From NCBI GenBank assembly GCA_964580055.1, contig CAZOJI010000006.1, positions 6,409 through 70,408 on the forward strand: DNA of 64,000 nt. Direction: 5' to 3'. Of the stretch, positions 39,143 through 48,879 are shown one piece after another. Both the position numbers and the translations under genes were made by a program. This stretch comes from an uncultured Gemmatimonadaceae bacterium. GTDB lineage: Bacteria; Gemmatimonadota; Gemmatimonadetes; Gemmatimonadales; GWC2-71-9. The notes under the pieces are model-generated. The model saw only the letters and a list, made by a program, of their open reading frames with translations. It did no database searches and was not told the DNA's origin. The first letter of the stretch is position 1, and every line of letters begins with the position of its first letter.

Positions 39143-39634
39143 TCAGGACGAAGCGGGTCGCTCGGTCAAGCTGACGACAATACCATTGCACGCGCGCTGC
39201 AAGTTTCCGGGGGAGATGATGATCTCCTCCCCCCAAACACCCGCCCCGACACCAAGGGATCCCTCTCGCATGAGCGACTCATCCATAAACGATCGAAATC
39301 CCTCGGGCTGCCAATGAAAGGGCGGTACGGACCCAATCACATATCCGGTGGTCTCTTCAACCGCTTCCAGCGGAGCCATTCTGATGTTTCGCGACCCTAC
39401 GGCCTTCTTGAGCAACCCAGATATGACGTTGCGATCTCCAGCCACTAGAACGAGCACTCGTTCGCCCGTGTCAGCTTCAAATATCAGAGTCTTGACCATC
39501 TGGTCCTCCCGATAGCCGAGGGCAGCGGCCACATTCGCCGCTCCCTTTTCAGTATCGGGAGAGAATCTCAACCGCTGGTAAGGAATTCCGCGCTCTTCCA
39601 GATAGCGGTGGGCTGGCAGCGTGTCGTCGTCCAT
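39143..39634 (-). CDS. YbaK/EbsC-type aminoacyl-tRNA deacylase
   Basis: ..MVKTLIFEADTGERVLVLVAGDRNV...TGYVIGSVPPFH...GVGAGVWGEEIIISP.. pattern of the Cys-tRNA(Pro) deacylase family. 163 aa. Confidence 0.8.
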   Translation of the reverse strand: MDDDTLPAHRYLEERGIPYQRLRFSPDTEKGAANVAAALGYREDQMVKTLIFEADTGERVLVLVAGDRNVISGLLKKAVGSRNIRMAPLEAVEETTGYVIGSVPPFHWQPEGFRSFMDESLMREGSLGVGAGVWGEEIIISPGNLQRACNGIVVSLTERPASS

Positions 39635-39777
39635 ACCGTACCCTCACACCCATAGATCGAAGGTCGCGGAATAATGCCGGTTGGTCCCAGGTGACGCCAG
39701 TGGTGTCGGCCACTCAATGGCCCACAAGCAATACCCTGGCTTGCAGTGTCGGCCAACGCATAGCGATTCAGGTGTAA

Positions 39778-39969
39778 CGCCTCCGACAACCATTGGCCGA
39801 GTGTCCCAGCATTCACGGTAAGGCCCATGAGGCATCCTATCTCGCCATCGGAGAATCACGCGCGCTGGAGGCCGGGATGATTGTCAGCATGGAGCCCAGA
39901 ATGTATCGCCAAGGTGAAGGCGGATGCCGGCGCTCCGACACTGTCTTGATCACTAGAAGACGGCTATAG
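39778..39969 (+). pseudogene. C-terminal remnant of an M24 metallopeptidase (Xaa-Pro peptidase/aminopeptidase)
   Basis: A stop-to-stop frame without a start translates to ..SIHGKAHEASYLAIGESRALEAGMIVSMEPRMYRQGEGGCRRSDTVLITRRRL*. This parallels GHGIGLEVHE.PYL....L..GMV.TIEPGIY..G.GGVRIEDTVL.TEDG, with several catalytic positions degraded. Confidence 0.5.
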
Positions 39970-40295
39970 TTGCCCGACACACGCACCGGACACGCTAGAG
40001 GACCTCGCGCTGCGCGTTTAGTTTGGAGGCATTGCGGTACAGACAGGGTTTGACGCCGCGCGGCCTATCTACTACTGTTGTGGTTGGTCAGCAAATGTCC
40101 TGGCGGCGCCAGGGTAGCGCGAACGTCGACGGGGAATCCGGTCACGATCGGTTTCCCCGTTTGTTGCACCAGCAGTTCGTCGCGCAATAGAGGCGTGACA
40201 GCCCTACGCGGGGGCAGTGATCCGCGGAAGTGTAGTCGGTCGGTGCGGCATTTACCGGACCCCCGGCCACAGTAAAACAACAAGGGAGTGCGGTA

Positions 40296-40508
40296 ATGCG
40301 TACCAAGGGAACCGTGAAGTGGTTCAACGACAGCAAAGGCTTCGGTTTTATCACACCTGAGGACGGCAGCAAGGACTGCTTCGTCCATCACACCGCCATT
40401 CAGGGCAGCGGCTTCAAGTCGCTGCGCGAAGGTGAACAGGTTGAGTTCGATATGGTCGATGGCCAGAAGGGACCGGCTGCGGAGAACGTCACGCAACTCG
40501 AAGCTTAG
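40296..40508 (+). CDS. cspA: cold-shock protein (CspA family)
   Basis: [32 protein letters not shown] with RNP1 (KGFGFI) and RNP2-like (CFVHH) motifs. 70 aa. Confidence 0.95.
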   Translation: MRTKGTVKWFNDSKGFGFITPEDGSKDCFVHHTAIQGSGFKSLREGEQVEFDMVDGQKGPAAENVTQLEA

Positions 40509-40532
40509 CAACTGTTGTCAACCAAACGAGCG

Positions 40533-40575
40533 GGCCGTCTCGAGGATTCTCGGGGCGGCCTGTTCATTTGTATTG
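40533..40575 (+). terminator. rho-independent terminator of the csp gene
   Basis: 12-bp stem GGCCGTCTCGAG-gatt-CTCGGGGCGGCC (two G-U pairs) followed by a T-rich tail TGTTCATTTGTATT. Confidence 0.7.
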
Positions 40576-40610
40576 CGACGTGACCCAGCGAAGTCATCAC
40601 CCCGCCAGAT

Positions 40611-43178
40611 TCATGGACTGAACCAGTAACTTACCTTGATCAGGAAGATGTTGTCCGCGCAGGCGTCAAACACCGCCCCCACATCGCGCCTGAAATCGAA
40701 GCCTCCGGCCGAACCCGTGTCGTACCTCCGCTGCTGCCAGGCCAGGTAGATATTGGATCCCGGCCGCCACTCCCAACGCAGCACGGCGTTGCCCCTGAGA
40801 CTGCGAACATTGAAGTCCGGCTCGTAGCCGAGCTGATTGTATTGCGCGAAATCAAAGGTCCCCGGAGTCTCGAGGTATTTGGGCTGCCCATAGTCTCCAG
40901 CCGAAACCAGCGGTTGCACATAGGTCTCCAGTGTCAACCCGGGCCTGAAGGTGAAATTGAAGCGAGTCTCCAACGCGACCTCTGTCTGGTTCAACCGGGC
41001 GAACACATAGCCCCTGTCGTAAGTAGCAGCGAACCCATCACCGGCCAGAGTGGTCACGTATTGTGCAGCTATCCGGTTCTTCGTGAATCTCGGCCCAACG
41101 CTCAGGCTCCACCGAGACGACGGCCGCAGGCTTATGCCAAGGCGTCCGTCGTACACAAATCCCTCATACTCGTCGAGCTGGATTCGTCCACCGCCGTTCA
41201 GGATGAGCGCCTTGCGCCCGTCGGTGTAGAAGTTCCCCGTGAAGGAGTAGTGTGCGGGCCGGACGACTATTGGCCCACCGCGCGTTGACCTGTCATCGTT
41301 TGCCCTGAAAGACCGCATCGCGCCCACTCCCCCACCCCAAAAACTCAGATGCCTGAATTGGAACCTCGCTACCGCCATTCGTAGGATAGTCTGGTTGGCG
41401 AAGTTCATTTCATTTCGAAATCTCCCAGTCAACGACCAGTTCCGGAAGAACGAACTCGGCTGTACCTCCCTGTAGGTCAGGTAAGCGGAAACGTCCCGCC
41501 TATCCGTGCGGTAAGCAAAGCCAAGATCGTTCACCTCGTATTCCGGAGCGGTTATCGCACCCGCGATTCCCAAGAGCCAATGCTGCCCGGATATCTTGTC
41601 GATGGAAAGCGATGCGGAATACCCGGTCAACGAGGTCGCAGTTTCGTCGACTTCGAGGTGATCGGCGTCAGGCCTCTGAAAGTAGTGGTTCGACGCCCAC
41701 TGAACACGCGCTATCGCGTCCCGAGTTCCCTCCACCCGGCTGCCGATCACGTTACCGCTGACCGCCCAGACACGACCCGCAAACTCGTGGTTGAAGTCTA
41801 TCCCCGCCGCATATGCGCCCGACTTCAAACGCTCGCGGAGCAGGTCTGTGCTGAGATCCCTGCGCACAACCGTCATCATCGCCCCAAGAGAAGTCAGGCC
41901 AGCACGCATCTCTCGACGCGCCCGCCCCACGAAGTAGCCGGTCATTGGCTCCGCGACCATCGTCTCAGCGATACCGTCGCCGGTCAGATAACGGGCCCTT
42001 TCCTCTGCCGTGACCGCAGTCAAGGTGCCGATGGACCACCCACTGGTTCTCCCCGACAGTTTTGCGGCACCCAAAATCGTGGTCTCGGCCGGCACATCGG
42101 CCTCGGATGTCGACGGCTTGGTCTGAGGTGAGCGACCGATCCTCCGAGTGTAGAACAACCGCCCCCCACTGGTGCCACCGGTGAACTGAAAGATCTCACT
42201 GCCCTCGATGAAGAACGGACGCTTCTCATCGAAGAAGGTCTCGTATACACCGAGGTTGACGACGGCCGGATCGACTTCCACCTGACCGAAATCCGGATTG
42301 ATCGTAGCGTTCAGCGTGAGATTGGAGGTTACCCGGTAGAGCAGATCCACCCCCCCGGTTGCACGCTGCTCGGAACCGTCTCGAAACGGGTTGTCGCCGG
42401 GATCCACGTGTTCCGTTCTCGCGACCGCGTAAGGCAGAACCTCCAAGCGGCTGCCGGGCCGGATGTTCCTGACACCCTCCAGATGACCGAACGCGGGGAT
42501 ACCGCCGCTCTCATCCTTCGGCGTGAATGCGGAAACAGCGTACTCTTTGTTTCGACCTATGACTCGCTCCAGCTGCAGCCCCCAGCGATGTCTTTGCTGG
42601 TTCCGAAAGCGAATCTGACTGAAAGGAATCCGGTACTCCGCGGTCCATCCCATGCTGTCTACAGAAGTCGCGACTTCCCAGACACCGTCCCATGACAGAT
42701 CGTCCCTCTCCCCTCCGCCCGGCGTCATGGACTTCACCGCGTCCCGTTTCACACCTCCTGGATTGACGTCGAACGAGAAACCTGTCTGGTGATCGTGGTA
42801 GCTGTCGATTACGACCCCGAACCAATCGGAATCCTGCAGCTCCATATCCCTTCTGCCGAGCCGAGCTGTTATCTGCCCGTCGTCCCAAGCCCTGACCCCG
42901 AAATAGATCGCGTCGGAGTCATAGAGTATACGGACCTCTGTTGGCTGACTAACGGGCTCACCCTCGCGAGGATCGACCTGCGTGAACCGGGTGACCGGCG
43001 CTGCCGCCAACCATGCCGGCTCGTCCAAAAGGCCGTCGACGGCTATGCGGACTTCAGTGCGCTTGGCAACTGCGACCGGTGGTTCCGATTCGCCTGACAA
43101 AGCAGACGGCATCTGCGCTCCACAGATCGCGGGGATCACAATGAGGACCCCGATGATGGCGGTGCAAACGAGTGTCAT
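40611..43178 (-). CDS. DUF5916 / CBM9-like domain exported protein (paralog 2)
   Basis: Signal peptide MTLVCTAIIGVLIVIPAICGAQ. CBM9-like N-domain (VDGLLDEPAWLAAAP..VRILYDSDAIYFGVRAWD). VDPAVVNLGVYETFFDEKRPFFIEGS shared with 25217-27457. Confidence 0.8.
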   Translation of the reverse strand: MTLVCTAIIGVLIVIPAICGAQMPSALSGESEPPVAVAKRTEVRIAVDGLLDEPAWLAAAPVTRFTQVDPREGEPVSQPTEVRILYDSDAIYFGVRAWDDGQITARLGRRDMELQDSDWFGVVIDSYHDHQTGFSFDVNPGGVKRDAVKSMTPGGGERDDLSWDGVWEVATSVDSMGWTAEYRIPFSQIRFRNQQRHRWGLQLERVIGRNKEYAVSAFTPKDESGGIPAFGHLEGVRNIRPGSRLEVLPYAVARTEHVDPGDNPFRDGSEQRATGGVDLLYRVTSNLTLNATINPDFGQVEVDPAVVNLGVYETFFDEKRPFFIEGSEIFQFTGGTSGGRLFYTRRIGRSPQTKPSTSEADVPAETTILGAAKLSGRTSGWSIGTLTAVTAEERARYLTGDGIAETMVAEPMTGYFVGRARREMRAGLTSLGAMMTVVRRDLSTDLLRERLKSGAYAAGIDFNHEFAGRVWAVSGNVIGSRVEGTRDAIARVQWASNHYFQRPDADHLEVDETATSLTGYSASLSIDKISGQHWLLGIAGAITAPEYEVNDLGFAYRTDRRDVSAYLTYREVQPSSFFRNWSLTGRFRNEMNFANQTILRMAVARFQFRHLSFWGGGVGAMRSFRANDDRSTRGGPIVVRPAHYSFTGNFYTDGRKALILNGGGRIQLDEYEGFVYDGRLGISLRPSSRWSLSVGPRFTKNRIAAQYVTTLAGDGFAATYDRGYVFARLNQTEVALETRFNFTFRPGLTLETYVQPLVSAGDYGQPKYLETPGTFDFAQYNQLGYEPDFNVRSLRGNAVLRWEWRPGSNIYLAWQQRRYDTGSAGGFDFRRDVGAVFDACADNIFLIKVSYWFSP

Positions 43179-43279
43179 CGAGTTTCCATATTTGCGTATA
43201 GAACTGCTCTCTAACCTGTAATCGGCCCATTTGACGGGCTGTCGAAGATACCCGGAAAGCACTCCCTGGATCCGTCCTC

Positions 43280-44257
43280 TCAGTTGCCGCGCCTGGTCGA
43301 TCGGTCGAGCCGAGCTATCTCCTCCGACTCCAGCTCTAACGACATGGCCTTTGCGTTTTGCTCGGCCTGCGACACCCGGCTGGCACCGGGGATAGCTACG
43401 ACAGAATCGCCGTGAAATCGGACCAGCCAACTCAGGGCGACCTGAGACGGTGTCGCATCGTGTGCCGCGGCGATTTCACGCAACGCTTCAACCACCGGAC
43501 GCGATCGCTCGAGGCCGGAACGGCGGAATGCCGGCATCCACTTGCGAGGCCCGGGCCGCGAGCGCACGGATGCCGGATCTTCATGGAACCGTCCAGTCAG
43601 AATTCCCTGCGCGAGCGGCGAGTAGGCAATGATGGTGACGCCCAGATTCTGAGCCGACTCGAGCACGCCATTGCTCTCCACCGATCGGTCCAGGAGGCTG
43701 TATTTCATCTGATTCGAGGCCAGCGGGATTCCACGCCTCTCCAGTGCCGCGTAAGCTGCCTTCATCTTCGCGGCGGAGAAATTGCTGACCCCCACGGCCT
43801 TTATCCTGCCCGCCTCCACCAGGTCGGCCATGGCGTCCATCTGCGCCTCGATGGACGATAACGACGTCGGCATGTGGACCTGATGCAAGTCGATCGAGAA
43901 TCCGTCCAGATGTCTACTCCGCTCGGGGAAGGTCCTGACAATGCTCTTGGCGCCGCGGAAGAACGGATTCCATTTCGTGGCAACTACCACATCGCCGTCC
44001 CGCTTCCCCGCGTTCTCGAGAGCGACAGACAGGGCCGCCTCGGAGCGGCCCTTCCCGTAAGCCTCGGCGGTGTCGAACCAGTTCACCCCGCTCTTCAACG
44101 ACACCCCGACGATCTGGTTGACGAGACTGGTGGGCAGTGCCTCCCAGAACCCGCCTATCAGGCCTTTGCCCTCGGAGAACTGCCAGCAGCCCAATCCGAT
44201 AGGCGAGATTTCTATGCTGGTTTGCCCGAGCCTACGCAGCAGTGTCACCCACTCCAC
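43280..44257 (-). CDS. aldo/keto reductase
   Basis: GLGCWQF, FDTAEAYGKGRSE, ATKW and HQVHMP motifs of the AKR family. The GTG start directly abuts the stop of the upstream M20 gene. Confidence 0.85.
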   Translation of the reverse strand: MEWVTLLRRLGQTSIEISPIGLGCWQFSEGKGLIGGFWEALPTSLVNQIVGVSLKSGVNWFDTAEAYGKGRSEAALSVALENAGKRDGDVVVATKWNPFFRGAKSIVRTFPERSRHLDGFSIDLHQVHMPTSLSSIEAQMDAMADLVEAGRIKAVGVSNFSAAKMKAAYAALERRGIPLASNQMKYSLLDRSVESNGVLESAQNLGVTIIAYSPLAQGILTGRFHEDPASVRSRPGPRKWMPAFRRSGLERSRPVVEALREIAAAHDATPSQVALSWLVRFHGDSVVAIPGASRVSQAEQNAKAMSLELESEEIARLDRSTRRGN

Positions 44258-45718
44258 CTAGCGATTGCGCCGATAATCGAGCGGAGGCGCGATTTCGCCC
44301 TGCAAGGGATAGTACTCGAAGTCAGGTCCTACGCGCTCCAGGTATTCATCACGGGCAGCCGCGACCAGATCTGCATCGTTCAGAACATCTATCGCAGTCA
44401 TGGCCAGAGTCTTCGCAGCGACCACCATGCCTTTGTTTCCAATGCTCGTTCCGCCGGCGGCGACCGCCTGCCACGTGTGTGCTGCCGTTCCCGGGATCCA
44501 GGTTGCAGCGGTAAGACCAGCGGTGGGTACCACCCAGCTCACGTCACCCACATCCGTGGATGCCGGTATTGCTCCCGGCAGCACGAGGAACGGGCTCACT
44601 TCGGCTGCTGTTTCGATGGATGTCGCGCTTTCCGGAAACGATTCTCTGATTGTGGCGGCAAATGCGCGTTCTTCTGCGTCATAGAGAACTCCTCCCACCT
44701 GCTCGAGATTCGCATGCATCGCTCGCGAAAGCGCTTCATTCGGAAGCAAGGCGAAGGCTCCCGCGTCTATTTCGTAGTCCATGCTGGTCCCCGTGCCCAA
44801 GGCAGCACCTTCAGCGGCCTCCACCACGCGCTCGAAGATCGACCTGACATTCTCCGGGTCGGGATTCCTGACGTAGTAGTAGACCTCGGCGTAATCGGGA
44901 GTGACGTTCGGAGCCTCGCCTCCACTGGTGATCACATAGTGGATACGCGTCTCCTGGGGCACATGCTCGCGCATCATGTTCACCATGTCGTTCATGGCCT
45001 CAACGCCGTCCAATGCCGAGCGAGCCCTGTCTGGCGCAGCCGCAGCATGGGCCGAGATACCATGGAATCGGAACTTCGCGGAAACAATCGCCAGCGTGCT
45101 ATAGACCCCAGTGCCATTGCGATCGCCGGGGTGCCAATGCAACACCGCATCCACATCTTCGAACAATCCCTCTCGCACCATGAAGACCTTACCTGCCCCT
45201 CCTTCTTCAGCCGGCGTGCCGTAGAGTCGCACGGTTCCCGATGTACCGGTCGACTGTAGCCATTCCTTCACCGCTATTGCCGCGGCAACGGACCCGGTGC
45301 CGAACAGATGGTGACCGCACCCGTGGCCGGATTCCATTTCGGGAACGGTCTGCCGTACAGGCACACGAGCCTGCGACATTCCCGGTAGCGCATCGTATTC
45401 GGCCAGGATGCCTACGACAGGGCTACCGGACCCGTACGAACCCACAAAAGCAGTCGGCATTCCAGCCACACCCGCCTCGACTTCGAACCCGGCATCGCTC
45501 AGGGTTTCCTCTAGAAGCGCCGCACTCCGTTCTTCCATGTAACCGAGTTCGGCAAAACCCCAAATCTCTTGCGCGATGTCGCCATAGCGGTCGGCATTCT
45601 GGTCAATGTGCTCCAGAACGACCGCCTTGCCGTCCTGTGCGAATGCCGATGAGGGCAATACCAGGGGAACCAACACTGCCGCCAGAGCAATAGTTGCACG
45701 AGCCATAGTACCTATCAC
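44258..45718 (-). CDS. secreted M20-family amidohydrolase (AbgB/hippurate-hydrolase-like), copy 1
   Basis: HGCGHHLFG, GTPAEEGGAGK and HWHPG metal-site segments. Signal peptide ending SSAFAQ. Confidence 0.85.
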   Translation of the reverse strand: MIGTMARATIALAAVLVPLVLPSSAFAQDGKAVVLEHIDQNADRYGDIAQEIWGFAELGYMEERSAALLEETLSDAGFEVEAGVAGMPTAFVGSYGSGSPVVGILAEYDALPGMSQARVPVRQTVPEMESGHGCGHHLFGTGSVAAAIAVKEWLQSTGTSGTVRLYGTPAEEGGAGKVFMVREGLFEDVDAVLHWHPGDRNGTGVYSTLAIVSAKFRFHGISAHAAAAPDRARSALDGVEAMNDMVNMMREHVPQETRIHYVITSGGEAPNVTPDYAEVYYYVRNPDPENVRSIFERVVEAAEGAALGTGTSMDYEIDAGAFALLPNEALSRAMHANLEQVGGVLYDAEERAFAATIRESFPESATSIETAAEVSPFLVLPGAIPASTDVGDVSWVVPTAGLTAATWIPGTAAHTWQAVAAGGTSIGNKGMVVAAKTLAMTAIDVLNDADLVAAARDEYLERVGPDFEYYPLQGEIAPPLDYRRNR

Positions 45719-45788
45719 CTTTTCACCTCTGGTTCGGTTTCAGAGCCGAAGCTCCTGGCTGAATTACGTCACCGCGACGGCACTAGCT

Positions 45789-47249
45789 TCAGGGCTTGCG
45801 CCGATAATCAAGGGGCGGGTCACGGTCGCCCAACAGTGGTACATACTCGAAATCGGGCCCCAACCGCTGCTGGTAATCCTCCTTCGCTGCCGCGAGGAGT
45901 TGTGGATCGGTGAACAGGTCTACCGCCGTCATCGCCAGCGTCTTCGCGGCAACCAACATTCCCTTGTTACCGATGCTCATGCCACCGGCGGCCATAGCCT
46001 GCCACGAGTGCGCCGCGGTACCCGGAACCCAGGTGGCTGCGCTGAGTCCAGCGGTCGGAACCACCAGGCTAACGTCGCCGACATCTGTCGAGCCAGATCC
46101 GGACCTCCGTTCCTGAATGAACGGCATGACCTGAGAAGCGGTTTCGAGGAGAGGCGCATCATCGCCGAGAGATGAATGCAGCGTCGCCGCAATCTCGCGC
46201 TCAGTCTCATCGTACTCGACTCCGCCCACACGTTGAAGGTTGGCATAGACCGCCCTTGCGAGCGGTTCGTTCGGCAACAGTGCGTTGAGACCGTGAATGA
46301 CCTCGTATTCCATCGTAGTGCCGGTACCCAGGGCGGCGCCTTCAGCCGCCTTGACCACGCGCTCGAAGATCGAGAGCACGTTCTGAGGATCGGGGTTTCT
46401 CGTGTAATAGAAGACCTCGGCGAAGTCCGGCGTCACGTTCGGCGCAGACCCGCCGGCTGTGATTACGTAGTGTATGCGCGTTTCCTGAGGAACGTGCTCG
46501 CGCATCATGTTCACCATGTCATTCATTGCCTCGACAGCGTCCAGGGCAGACCTAGCACGCTCCGGTGAAGCGGCCGCATGTGCTGAGATGCCGTGAAACC
46601 GGAACTTGGCAGATTTGTTCGCCAGGCTGCTATGCACGCCTGTGGTGTTGCGATCGCCGGGATGCCAATGGAGCGCGGCATCCACGTCGTCGAACAGACC
46701 GGCTCTAACCATGTACACTTTTCCCGCGCCGCCCTCTTCCGCGGGGGTGCCGTACAGGCGCACGGTACCCTGTCTGCCTGTCTCCTCCAGCCATTCCTTC
46801 ACAGCTATGGCAGCAGCGGTGGATCCCGCTCCGAACAGGTTATGCCCGCAAGCGTGTCCGGTCTCCAGCTCCGGATGGGGCTTGCGAACTGCGACTCTAT
46901 CCTGGCTGAACCCGGGCAAGGCGTCGAATTCCGCGAGCACGCCTATGACGGGACTTCCGCTTCCGTATGACGCCACGAATGCTGTCGGTATCCCGGCGAC
47001 ACCTGCCTCGACCGCGAAGCCGGCGTTTTCCAATGTCGACTGCAAGAGCGCCGAACTCTGCTCCTCCTGGTAACCTACCTCTGCGAAATCCCAGATCGCT
47101 TGCGCAACTTCACCGTATCTGGCACCGTGCGCATCCAAGTGATCCAGAACCATTGCTTTTCCGTCCTGCGCAGCCAGCGGCGGTAGCAGAAGCACCGCCA
47201 GGAAGATGCTGCACGCGGCGATAGCTGAGTGAACTCGAAGTGCGTTCAT
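45789..47249 (-). CDS. secreted M20-family amidohydrolase, copy 2 (tandem paralog)
   Basis: Collinear with copy 1, with long identical stretches (RLYGTPAEEGGAGK, AKFRFHGISAHAA, VEAMNDMVNMMREHVPQETRIHYVIT). GGAGGA RBS before the ATG at 47249. Confidence 0.85.
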   Translation of the reverse strand: MNALRVHSAIAACSIFLAVLLLPPLAAQDGKAMVLDHLDAHGARYGEVAQAIWDFAEVGYQEEQSSALLQSTLENAGFAVEAGVAGIPTAFVASYGSGSPVIGVLAEFDALPGFSQDRVAVRKPHPELETGHACGHNLFGAGSTAAAIAVKEWLEETGRQGTVRLYGTPAEEGGAGKVYMVRAGLFDDVDAALHWHPGDRNTTGVHSSLANKSAKFRFHGISAHAAASPERARSALDAVEAMNDMVNMMREHVPQETRIHYVITAGGSAPNVTPDFAEVFYYTRNPDPQNVLSIFERVVKAAEGAALGTGTTMEYEVIHGLNALLPNEPLARAVYANLQRVGGVEYDETEREIAATLHSSLGDDAPLLETASQVMPFIQERRSGSGSTDVGDVSLVVPTAGLSAATWVPGTAAHSWQAMAAGGMSIGNKGMLVAAKTLAMTAVDLFTDPQLLAAAKEDYQQRLGPDFEYVPLLGDRDPPLDYRRKP

Positions 47250-47376
47250 GTTGTTTCCTCCGTACTCTAAACAGTGCCGCAATTTCACGTCGAGCGGCAA
47301 ACGGTCATGCGAATCTATGCACAGCAAACAGGTGTTTGCCGGAAAATAAGACTGCTTGCTCAGGAGAGCCTCGACG

Positions 47377-48876
47377 CTACCACTCGTCCAGCAGCGTCTT
47401 GCGCTCCATCGGATCGATGGCGTTTATGCGGGGATCCTCGTAGATGGAATCCGACCGCCGGTGCGTTGTGGAGACCTCCTCGAAGATGCAGCCTCCGCGG
47501 CTACGGAAACCGTGCATCACGTCCGCTTCAACCAGCATTTTATCACCGGTTTGCATCGTGCGAGTGGAATCCCCGCAGGTCACCTCCAGATCACCCCACA
47601 AAACCTGGAATGTCTCCTCCTTGACGGTGTGCGAATGCCGGGGGTGCCGTTGCCCGGGGAACACTACAATCAGCTTCTTGCAGTAGCCTCGGTTGATCAC
47701 GCTGATCAGAATCGCGCCGACTTCACGGAATCTATCTATGCCCCCGTGGTGCGACAGCTCGATCTGTACGTCGTCACCCGGCACGATTCGCGCTTCGTAC
47801 AACATCCCCTTGGCGTCATGCACGATCTCCCGTATCCTGTTGATTTTGTCTGGAGCACAGAACTCCTCTACAGGCTCATTCTCCGAGTAATCCTTCGAGG
47901 CTATGTACGTCGTGCGATGGCGCCCGAACTCGCCCGACGTGGTCTGTGCTTCGGACAAGATGGGCATCGCGAAGAACACGTCGTCCGCCTGAATGGTTGT
48001 GCCCTTGGCAATAGCCCTGCGCGCAAATACGCCGCGCTTCAGCGACCGCAGTGAATCGATCTCTGCCTGAGACACGTGGCGTTCATCGTCGGAGCCGCAG
48101 ATTTCCCGCGCCACCTTCGCCGCCTGGATCCAGGCAGCCACCTGTTCCGGATTCATCGAATAGGCATTCAGCGATATGGTATCGGTAGGAACGCCAACAT
48201 GGCGCTCGAGGATGCTGGCCCCGCGACTCACGGCAACTTTGACGATATCCAGATCGTCGGGCGCCTCGTGTCCCGAGTAGCCGACAACTACACCGGGGTA
48301 TCGGTTGGCCAAGCGGGCCATGTAGTTCATGCCGACGGCTGAATGAGGCGTCGGGTACTGTGCGATGCAGTGCATGATGGCCAACGGAAGGTGCCGATGC
48401 ATGAAGAAGCTGACCAGATTGTCGACCTCGTAGATCCCCACTCCGCCGGTCGACGCAATTACGGGCTTTCCGACTTCGGCGACCGTCGCCAGCAGCGGCC
48501 AGTCCGTACAACTGCAGCTCGCTATCTTGATGATATCCACGCCGTGGGCCACGCACTTGGCCACCGATGCCTCATCGAAGGGCGTTACCACCGAGACGAG
48601 CCCTTCATCGCGGATCGCGGTGACCAGCGTCTGGAATTCCGAATCCTTCAGGCGGGTTCCCATGAACCGGGGGATGTGCTTCACGTCGTCGCGCGACACG
48701 AAATCAGGATGGATGAATGTGTCGAGGTCGCGGTATTGAAGCTTGACCCCTCCCCTCACCTCCTGCTCCCGCGCCACCCGCGCCATTTCACGAATTATGC
48801 GTAATCCGTGCCGCACGTCACCCTGATGGTTGTTTGCCATTTCAAAAACGAAGAGATCATGGAAATCGCTGTTCAC
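47377..48876 (-). CDS. NeuB-family nonulosonate synthase fused to SAF and a YdaE-type D-lyxose/D-mannose isomerase cupin domain
   Basis: N-terminus FEMANNHQGD..., KIASCS, GYSGHE (NeuB-like TIM barrel), then a SAF-like segment. The last 170 aa parallel B. subtilis YdaE (YCKKLIVVFPGQRHPRHSH, KEETFQVLWG, EEVSTTHRRSDSIYEDPRI). GTG start 3 nt after the neuA-like stop. Confidence 0.8.
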   Translation of the reverse strand: MNSDFHDLFVFEMANNHQGDVRHGLRIIREMARVAREQEVRGGVKLQYRDLDTFIHPDFVSRDDVKHIPRFMGTRLKDSEFQTLVTAIRDEGLVSVVTPFDEASVAKCVAHGVDIIKIASCSCTDWPLLATVAEVGKPVIASTGGVGIYEVDNLVSFFMHRHLPLAIMHCIAQYPTPHSAVGMNYMARLANRYPGVVVGYSGHEAPDDLDIVKVAVSRGASILERHVGVPTDTISLNAYSMNPEQVAAWIQAAKVAREICGSDDERHVSQAEIDSLRSLKRGVFARRAIAKGTTIQADDVFFAMPILSEAQTTSGEFGRHRTTYIASKDYSENEPVEEFCAPDKINRIREIVHDAKGMLYEARIVPGDDVQIELSHHGGIDRFREVGAILISVINRGYCKKLIVVFPGQRHPRHSHTVKEETFQVLWGDLEVTCGDSTRTMQTGDKMLVEADVMHGFRSRGGCIFEEVSTTHRRSDSIYEDPRINAIDPMERKTLLDEW

Positions 48877-48879
48877 AAT

